Source: an uncultured Planctomycetia bacterium (GTDB lineage Bacteria > Omnitrophota > Gorgyraeia > 2-02-FULL-51-18). From it: a stretch of 64,000 nucleotides of DNA. The position numbers and the translations under genes are program-made. Shown piece by piece: positions 57,467-64,000 of the stretch (its first letter is position 1; every line of letters starts with the position of its first letter). The notes beneath the pieces are model-generated. The model was not told where the DNA came from. It ran no database searches and saw only the letters and a list, made by a program, of their open reading frames with translations. The stretch lies in assembly GCA_964431835.1 (NCBI GenBank), contig CAYSKO010000002.1, positions 22,802 to 86,801 on the forward strand, given 5' to 3'.

Positions 57467-57505
57467 AAAAAACCCCGCCCCCGGCGTGCCGGAAGCGGGG
57501 TTTTT
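57467..57505 (-). terminator. intrinsic terminator
   Basis: AAAAACCCCGC...GCGGGGTTTTT. Confidence 0.75.
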
Positions 57506-57513
57506 GGTCTCTA

Positions 57514-57858
57514 TTACTGGAGGCGAGCCTTCTCGGGGGTGATGAGGGGCTGCTTCTTCGGGATCCAGAACGTGAGAAGATCGATCGCTCCGGCACCCAT
57601 GCGGTGGATGGTACGGCGAACGCCGATCGCGCCACCGGCCGCCACACCCGTCAGCTGCTCGCCGGCCGTCTTACCCTTCGAGGCTTCCTGGTGTGTGCTG
57701 TCCATGACTTCGACCCAGCCGGTGGAGACGTTCCGAGCACCGGACTTGACGTTCTTGATCTGTTCCGTACCCGAGGCCGTGGCTTCGCCGTCGGCAAAAG
57801 CCGGCGTGGCGACGATGGCCGTCGAGAAAAGAACCGCCATTGCGATAGATTTCTTCAC
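57514..57858 (-). CDS. small exported Gly-rich helical hypothetical protein
   Basis: AAGGAGG RBS, GTG start, signal peptide; G.RNV.TGW.E and R.GAG..DLLTF.IP. Confidence 0.7.
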   Translation of the reverse strand: MKKSIAMAVLFSTAIVATPAFADGEATASGTEQIKNVKSGARNVSTGWVEVMDSTHQEASKGKTAGEQLTGVAAGGAIGVRRTIHRMGAGAIDLLTFWIPKKQPLITPEKARLQ

Positions 57859-57959
57859 TCTACGTTCCTCCTTATATGTTGTAAGTACAACCCACTGTAA
57901 AGGCTGTGAGTAAACTTTAGCATACGGCTTAATAGATGTACAAGTATTTTTATGTATTC

Positions 57960-58460
57960 TTAACGAAAATTAACAAACTGCAGTTCTACCCCGAAATCCT
58001 GGGCGCGCATCTTCTGGATCACGGCCTGAAGGTCGTCGAGCTGGGCGCCCTTCACGCGGATCTGGTCCCCTTCGATGGATGCTTGGACCTTCATCTTGAG
58101 ATCCTTCACGCCTTTTACGATCTCACGTGCCTTGTCCGACTCGATGCCGCTTTTCACTTTGACCACCTGCTTGATCGAGCCGCCGACCATGCCGGACTCG
58201 ATCTTCTGGAAATCGAGGGCCTTCAGCGAAACGCCCCGCTTCACGAATTTGGTCTGGACCATGTCGACGAGGGCCTTCAGCTTGTACTCGTTCTCGCATT
58301 TCAGGACGATCTGCTTCTCCGTCTTGTCGAAATCGATGGAGCTCATCGAGCCTTTGAAGTCGAAGCGCTGGTCGAGCTCTTTCTTTGCCTGCGAAACGGC
58401 GTTGTCGACTTCCTGCCAGTTCACTTCGGATACGACGTCGAACGAATGATCTTTGGCCAC
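57960..58460 (-). CDS. yajQ: YajQ-family nucleotide / c-di-GMP-binding protein
   Basis: SFDVVSEV..QEVDNAV.QA.KE...RFDFKGS, QFVNFR. Confidence 0.92.
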   Translation of the reverse strand: MAKDHSFDVVSEVNWQEVDNAVSQAKKELDQRFDFKGSMSSIDFDKTEKQIVLKCENEYKLKALVDMVQTKFVKRGVSLKALDFQKIESGMVGGSIKQVVKVKSGIESDKAREIVKGVKDLKMKVQASIEGDQIRVKGAQLDDLQAVIQKMRAQDFGVELQFVNFR

Positions 58461-58462
58461 GG

Positions 58463-59701
58463 TTACCTCGTCAGGATGAAGTTGGCTAGATTGAAATACA
58501 CGAAAAGCGCTTGAATGTCGCAGAGGGCGAGGACCAGCGGCCCGGACGCCACGGACGGGTCGACTTTGATCATCTTGAAGAAAAGCGGAAGCGTGAGACC
58601 GACCACCGCCGAGATGAGGATCGAAGTCAGGATCGAGCAGGCGATGGCCACGCCGAGCATAGGGTTCCCCTGCCAGATTGACGTGAAGGTTCCGGCGAGA
58701 GCGCCGCAGATGATACCCAGAATAAGACCGACGAATACCTCCTTCAAGTAGAGAGGCCACAGATTCTTCGTGTCGAGCACGCCCAGCATCGAACGGCGCA
58801 CGACGATCGTTGCGCCCTGGATACCGATCGACTCGGCCATTCCGAGGACAACCGGAACGAAAATGAAGAGGACGGCGAGCGTCTTGCCGCCGTGCTGAAA
58901 AGCCTCGGCGATGTATGCGCAGAAGAGGCCGCTCGCGATGCTAAAAAGAAGCCACGGCAGGCGGAGGCGGATAATCTTCCGGGCCGGGAGATCCTTAAGC
59001 TCCTCCGCGTCCGTACCGACGAGCTTGGCGATTTCTTCGTTGGCCTGCTCCTTGACGGCTTGGAGGACGGTGTCCGACAAGATCATCCCGACCAGGCGCC
59101 GGGCGCCGTTGACAACCGGCAGCGCTAAATGCCGATGGGACTGCATGGTCTTCGTGACTTCGGCCTTCGGAAGGCTCGTCGGCAGAATGACGACTTCTCG
59201 CGTCATGAATTCCTCGACCGGACGGTCGAGTGGATTGAGGATGAGGTCCTGCGTCTCGATTACGCCCACAATCTTTCCGGTCGCTTCCAAGACGTAAATG
59301 TACGGATTGCGACCCTTCTTCTCGTGCGGGGTCAAATGCAGGTATTCGATCGCGTCCGCAACGTTCGTACCTACCGGAATGCTGAGGCACTCCTTTGCCA
59401 TCATCGAACCGGCGCAGCCCTCGGGGAACGAAGTAATTTCCTCGATCTGCTGCCGGCGGATCGGCGAGAGCCCCGTGAGCACCTGCGCGGCGAAGTCGGC
59501 CGGGAGACCCCGGACGAGGTCCGCGGCGGCGTCGGAACGAAGTTGCTTCACGACTTCGACCATGTAAGCCACGCCTAGATCGCCCGTGATCGCGGCGGCC
59601 TTCTCGGTGGATTTATCGGCGAGTTCCGTGGCCGCCTGAGACGCGTTGGACTCGGCGAGTAGCGCCCACTTTTCGGCGTCGGAGAGCTTTTGAACGGACA
59701 C
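58463..59701 (-). CDS. mgtE: magnesium transporter MgtE
   Basis: CBS pair, RLPWL, G.Q.ATI.VR, DP..ASGP, D. Confidence 0.9.
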   Translation of the reverse strand: MSVQKLSDAEKWALLAESNASQAATELADKSTEKAAAITGDLGVAYMVEVVKQLRSDAAADLVRGLPADFAAQVLTGLSPIRRQQIEEITSFPEGCAGSMMAKECLSIPVGTNVADAIEYLHLTPHEKKGRNPYIYVLEATGKIVGVIETQDLILNPLDRPVEEFMTREVVILPTSLPKAEVTKTMQSHRHLALPVVNGARRLVGMILSDTVLQAVKEQANEEIAKLVGTDAEELKDLPARKIIRLRLPWLLFSIASGLFCAYIAEAFQHGGKTLAVLFIFVPVVLGMAESIGIQGATIVVRRSMLGVLDTKNLWPLYLKEVFVGLILGIICGALAGTFTSIWQGNPMLGVAIACSILTSILISAVVGLTLPLFFKMIKVDPSVASGPLVLALCDIQALFVYFNLANFILTR

Positions 59702-59703
59702 GG

Positions 59704-60573
59704 TTACGAGAGCAACCTCTTCAAGGTGACGCCGATGTCGCTTAAGTTCCGGACGACGGTCACGCCTTCGGCCTCGAGAGTCGCCATCTTCTCCTGCGCG
59801 GTGCCGCTCGAACCCGAGACGATCGCACCGGCGTGGCCCATGCGCTTGCCCTTGGGGGCCGTGGCGCCGGCAATGAACGCGGCCACCTTCTTCTTCATAT
59901 TCTTATGGATGAAACGCGCGGCTTCCTCTTCCTGACTTCCGCCGATCTCACCGATCATCATGACGGCCTCGGTCGCGGGGTCTTTTTCGAAAAGCTCGAG
60001 CGTTTCAATGAAGCCCGTGCCGATGATCGGATCGCCGCCGATGCCGATGCAGGTCGTCTGACCGAGACCAGCCTGCGTGAGCTGCCACACGGCTTCGTAG
60101 GTCAAAGTGCCGCTGCGAGACACGACACCCACGCGGCCCTTCTTGTGAATGTAGCCGGGCATGATTCCGATCTTGCACTCCTCGGACGTCATAATGCCGG
60201 GGCAGTTGGGGCCGATGAGACGGGCGCCATGTGCGTCGACGTATTCGACCGCACGGGCCATGTCGAGCACTGGAATTCCTTCGGTGATGCAGATGAGAAG
60301 CCGAATACCTGCGTCGACCGCTTCCTTGATCGCGGCCAGCGCGAACGGCGCCGGAACGTAAATCATGCTGGCGGTGGCGCCGGTTGCGGAAACGGCCTGA
60401 GCCACGGTGTCGAACACCGGAATCTCGCCCACTTTCTGACCGCCCTTACCCGGCGTGACGCCGCCGACGAGCTTCGTTCCGTACGCATGGCACTGCTGGG
60501 CGTGGAAACTACCCGCTTTGCCGGTGATACCTTGGCAGATGACCTTGGTATTCTTATCGACCAGAATGGGCAT
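59704..60573 (-). CDS. sucD: succinyl-CoA synthetase alpha subunit
   Basis: [35 protein letters not shown]. Confidence 0.96.
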   Translation of the reverse strand: MPILVDKNTKVICQGITGKAGSFHAQQCHAYGTKLVGGVTPGKGGQKVGEIPVFDTVAQAVSATGATASMIYVPAPFALAAIKEAVDAGIRLLICITEGIPVLDMARAVEYVDAHGARLIGPNCPGIMTSEECKIGIMPGYIHKKGRVGVVSRSGTLTYEAVWQLTQAGLGQTTCIGIGGDPIIGTGFIETLELFEKDPATEAVMMIGEIGGSQEEEAARFIHKNMKKKVAAFIAGATAPKGKRMGHAGAIVSGSSGTAQEKMATLEAEGVTVVRNLSDIGVTLKRLLS

Positions 60574-61756
60574 GGGATTTGGATTTCCTGTATTCGGCGG
60601 CTTCTTTCACCGCCGCGGCGGCGGCTTCGTTGATGGTGACGACGGAGTGGATGCGAAGCCCCGAGCTTTGAATGAGCTTCCGGCCCTCTTCGACGTTGGT
60701 TCCTTCGAGCCGCACGACGAGCGGCACCGCGAGCTGGACTTCCTTGGACGCCTGGATGACGCCTTCGGCGATGACGTCGCATTTCATGATGCCGCCGAAG
60801 ATGTTCACGAGGATCGCCTCGACACGGTCGTCCTGTAGGATGATCTTGAACGCCTCGCGCACCTGGTCGGCGGTCGCGCCGCCGCCGACGTCGAGAAAGT
60901 TTGCGGGTTCGCCGCCGGCGAGCTTGATCATGTCCATCGTGGCCATCGCGAGGCCAGCGCCGTTGACGAGGCAGCCGATGTTGCCGTTCATCGACACGTA
61001 GCTCAGGCCGAATTCCTTGGCTTTCTTCTCGCGCGCGTCATCTTCTTCGGGATCCTTCATCTCAAGCAGTTCCTTGTGGCGGAAGAGCGCGTTGTCGTCG
61101 AACACGATCTTCGCGTCGAGCGCGAGCACGCGCGGTTGGGCTTCTTTCGAGAGGGCGAGCGGATTTATCTCGCAGATCGCCGCGTCCTTCTCGACGAAGA
61201 GCCTCGCAAGCTTCACCGCCATCTCGGCGATCTGCCGGGCGACGTCGTCTTCGAACTCGCCTTTGATCGCGGCGAACGTCTCGTCGGCCGTGGGAAGCTT
61301 CTCGGGCATGAAGTGGATCTTCTTGATCGCGTTCGGGTTCGTACGCGCGACCTCTTCGATGTCCACACCGCCCTCCTTCGAGACGAGGAGGACAGGCTTG
61401 CGCGTGGAGCGATCGACGACCGCCCCGAGATAGTACTCCTTGTCGATCGGGATGTCCTCGGTGAACAGGATCGACCGGACGATCTTCGACTCACCCGCGG
61501 ACTGGTAGGTCGAAAAGGGCTGACCGAGGAACTTCTCGGCGAACGCTTTCGCCTCGTCGGCGTTTTGGATGCGCTTCACCCCGCCCGCTTTGCCGCGGCC
61601 GCCCATCAGCACCTCGACTTTCGCGATGCACGTGGGGTTGGCGTAACGACGGAACGTTTCCGCCGCCTGCGAGGCATCGGTGAATCCTTCGCCGCGCGAG
61701 GTCGGAATGCCGTACTGCTCGAAGAGCTTCTTTCCGTTCGATTCCTGGATCTTCAT
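60554..61756 (-). CDS. sucC: succinyl-CoA synthetase beta subunit
   Basis: [38 protein letters not shown]. Confidence 0.96.
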   Translation of the reverse strand: MKIQESNGKKLFEQYGIPTSRGEGFTDASQAAETFRRYANPTCIAKVEVLMGGRGKAGGVKRIQNADEAKAFAEKFLGQPFSTYQSAGESKIVRSILFTEDIPIDKEYYLGAVVDRSTRKPVLLVSKEGGVDIEEVARTNPNAIKKIHFMPEKLPTADETFAAIKGEFEDDVARQIAEMAVKLARLFVEKDAAICEINPLALSKEAQPRVLALDAKIVFDDNALFRHKELLEMKDPEEDDAREKKAKEFGLSYVSMNGNIGCLVNGAGLAMATMDMIKLAGGEPANFLDVGGGATADQVREAFKIILQDDRVEAILVNIFGGIMKCDVIAEGVIQASKEVQLAVPLVVRLEGTNVEEGRKLIQSSGLRIHSVVTINEAAAAAVKEAAEYRKSKSHAHSGR

Positions 61757-62700
61757 ACCTTCGCCACCCGGAGGATTTCCTCGACGCCCTGACGGACTTT
61801 TGCGGCGGAGGCCTCCATCTGCTTTTTCTCGGCTTCCGCGAGCGGGATTTCGACGACCCGTCGCACGCCTTCCCTGCCGAGCTCGGCCGGAACGCCGAAA
61901 TACAGGTCTTTGATGCCGAACTCGCCGTTCAGGTACGCGCAGACCGGTAGAACCTTCTTTTCGTCCCTGAGGATCGCCTTCACCATTTCGCAGACCGACG
62001 TGGCCGGAGCGTAGAACGCGCTGCCGGTCTTTAAGAGCGCCACAACCTCCGCGCCGCCGTCGCGGGTGCGCTGCTCGATCTTGGCGAGTTCGTCCGCGGG
62101 GATAAGGTCCTTGACCGGCCTGCCAGAAACTTTCGTGTGGCTCGAGACCGGCACCATGAGGTCGCCGTGTCCGCCGAGAACGATCGCCTCGACTTCTTTA
62201 CCGACGACGTCCAGCCGCTCCGCGATGAAGAAACGCATCCGCGCGGTGTCGAGCACGCCCGCCATTCCGAACACGCGGTTCTTCGGGAAGCCGAGAGTCT
62301 CCTGCGCGAGGTAGGTCATGACGTCAAGCGGGTTCGTGACGACGATCACCACCGAGTTCGGCGCGTGCGTCTTAACGTTCTGGCAGACGTCTTTGATGAT
62401 TTTCGCATTCAGTCCGAGGAGGTCTTCGCGGGTCATTCCGGGTTTCCGGGCCATGCCGGCCGTGATCACGACGATCTCGGCGCCGGCGATGTCTTCGTAC
62501 TTGTTGGTGCCGAAAATACGGCGGTCATGGCCTTCGACCGGAGCGGATTCGTTCAGGTCGAGCGCCTTTCCCTGCGGCATTCCTTCGACGACGTCGAAAA
62601 GAACGACGTCCGAAATACCCTTCTCGAGGATCCTTTGGGCGGATGTCGCGCCGACGTTTCCGGCACCGATCACCGCGACGAACGGTTTGCGGGGTTTCAA
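61753..62700 (-). CDS. mdh: LDH-like malate dehydrogenase
   Basis: GAGNVG, TAG.ARKPGMTREDL, NPLD, GGHGD, LKTGSAFYAP. Confidence 0.95.
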   Translation of the reverse strand: MKPRKPFVAVIGAGNVGATSAQRILEKGISDVVLFDVVEGMPQGKALDLNESAPVEGHDRRIFGTNKYEDIAGAEIVVITAGMARKPGMTREDLLGLNAKIIKDVCQNVKTHAPNSVVIVVTNPLDVMTYLAQETLGFPKNRVFGMAGVLDTARMRFFIAERLDVVGKEVEAIVLGGHGDLMVPVSSHTKVSGRPVKDLIPADELAKIEQRTRDGGAEVVALLKTGSAFYAPATSVCEMVKAILRDEKKVLPVCAYLNGEFGIKDLYFGVPAELGREGVRRVVEIPLAEAEKKQMEASAAKVRQGVEEILRVAKV

Positions 62701-62711
62701 AACGGTCTCCT

Positions 62712-63164
62712 TTATGCTTGCGGCAGCGCCCTCGTCAGCGCCTCGCTCACGCGGCGCGCCTCTGCACGGCCCGCGAGCTTCTCGTTTAAGTGCTTCATCA
62801 TGCGTCCGAAATCTTTTTTCGATGTTGCGCCCTGCGCCTTCACTTCATCGGCGACGATCTTCTCGAGCTCGGCGTCGCCCATCTGCTGGGGAAGATAGGC
62901 CTCGAGCACCACCACTTCGGCTTTTTCCTTGTCCGCCAGCTCGGGGCGGTTGTTCTTCGAAAACTGATCGATCGATTCGCGACGCTGTTTGATCTGCTTC
63001 TGGATGACTGTCTGCGCGTCGGCGTCCGAAAGCTCTCCCGAATTTTTATCGATCGCACTGTATTTTAACGCCGATTTAAGCATCCGCAAAGCCGAGACTT
63101 TTCCCTCGTTCTTGGCGATCATGGCCTGCTTTAAATCCTGATCGATCTTCTGGATCAAAGACAT
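62712..63164 (-). CDS. GatB/YqeY domain protein
   Basis: LK.AM, KQIKQRRESI..F, YLPQQM, KDFGRMM. Confidence 0.92.
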   Translation of the reverse strand: MSLIQKIDQDLKQAMIAKNEGKVSALRMLKSALKYSAIDKNSGELSDADAQTVIQKQIKQRRESIDQFSKNNRPELADKEKAEVVVLEAYLPQQMGDAELEKIVADEVKAQGATSKKDFGRMMKHLNEKLAGRAEARRVSEALTRALPQA

Positions 63165-63188
63165 TTTTTCTCCTTCAAGAAAAAGAAC

Positions 63189-63227
63189 GAGGGGAGCTCG
63201 TGATCTGCGAGACCACGAACTCCCCTC
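63189..63227 (-). terminator. intrinsic terminator
   Basis: GAGGGGAGCTCGTG...CACGAACTCCCCTC with T-run on the - strand. Confidence 0.7.
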
Positions 63228-63247
63228 CGAATTACGAGCGGCTCAGC

Positions 63248-63637
63248 TTACTGCTGCGCGGCCGTCTCAGCCTGAGCGGTCTGGTCCTGTGCGGCCTGAA
63301 CGGGGATCTGCGCGGTTTCGGAAACCGTCTGGCCCGTCGTTTCGGCGGCGCCGACGACCGGATCGACCACGAGATTGCCGGTACGCGAAAGATCTCCCTG
63401 GAGCACCGCGGCGGTGTTCTCGCCGGTCTGCGATACCACTTTGTTGCCGGTGTTGTGAAGCGTGTGTGCGGTCGTGTCCGCGGTACCCTTCACGGCTTTG
63501 CCCGGATAATTGAACAGGCGGCGAAAGAAATCCGTTACGGCGTTGCCCTTCTGCTCTTCGGCGCGAACGGGCGTCGAAATGCCGAGCGCGAGGACGACGA
63601 GCGCGGCGGCGGCGAACTGCTTGCGGTGCTTGGACAT
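63248..63637 (-). CDS. exported hypothetical protein with Thr/Gly/Ala amphipathic repeats
   Basis: AAGGAGG RBS, signal peptide. Confidence 0.7.
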   Translation of the reverse strand: MSKHRKQFAAAALVVLALGISTPVRAEEQKGNAVTDFFRRLFNYPGKAVKGTADTTAHTLHNTGNKVVSQTGENTAAVLQGDLSRTGNLVVDPVVGAAETTGQTVSETAQIPVQAAQDQTAQAETAAQQ

Positions 63638-63721
63638 GCAAAGCCTCCTTGTTATGTAAGATTTCGAGTCATTATAGGAATGGCCTTCCGGTAAGTCAAG
63701 GAGAAACGGGCGGGAAGCGCT

Positions 63722-64000
63722 TTAAGAGACGGCTATTTCGTAATCCGAGACGGCGGCGCTGTCGGTGTTGGTGACCAAGAAAAACACACGGGAAATGTCT
63801 GCGGGGCCGAGCCCGTTCGACGCGGCGAGCTCCGAAAGCGACAGGCCGGCGGCCGCCCCTACGCGGACCGGCTCGAGTTCCCGGCGGATCGTCGATCCCG
63901 CGCGCGTCTCGACGACCATCTGAACGATGAGCGGCGAACCTCCCTGCCGGTGCCAAATCCCCATCCAAGGGAGTTTCTCGCGGCCGTCGAATCCGATCTC
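63722..64000 (-). CDS. hypothetical protein, C-terminal part (5' end outside window)
   Basis: Open frame ending at the 63722 stop; no recognised motif. Confidence 0.4.
   Translation of the reverse strand, partial: EIGFDGREKLPWMGIWHRQGGSPLIVQMVVETRAGSTIRRELEPVRVGAAAGLSLSELAASNGLGPADISRVFFLVTNTDSAAVSDYEIAVS

Overview
GC-rich bacterial chromosome segment with about 75 genes and no rRNA, tRNA, CRISPR or IS element that I could recognise. The gene set suggests a PVC-group organism such as Ca. Omnitrophota (alginate-export-type porin, CBM11-like proteins, DUF3047, type IV pilus loci); this is inference only. Genes run almost entirely on + up to 45993 and entirely on - from 46242. A 28-bp dif-like site (46140-46167) lies at the convergence, so the window probably spans the replication terminus. 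Main blocks: (1) a PC4 / membrane-anchored CBM / ParA-glycogen-binding operon plus nucleases; (2) a type IVa pilus locus with three secreted tailspike-like fibre proteins carrying intramolecular-chaperone (Peptidase_S74-like) domains among the pilins, followed by a pilin-zinc-metallopeptidase fusion; (3) a Rieske / split cytochrome b / octaheme cytochrome c complex with heme A and heme O synthases; (4) divergent gshB/gshA; (5) a LexA/UmuD hybrid plus Y-family polymerase with a GAAC-N4-GTTC operator; (6) a second minor-pilin cluster; (7) housekeeping genes (nadE, folE, yajQ, mgtE, sucCD, mdh). The best candidate for an undescribed system is the pilus with S74 fibres and a protease-bearing pilin. 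All calls come from motif recognition by eye; no database search was run.
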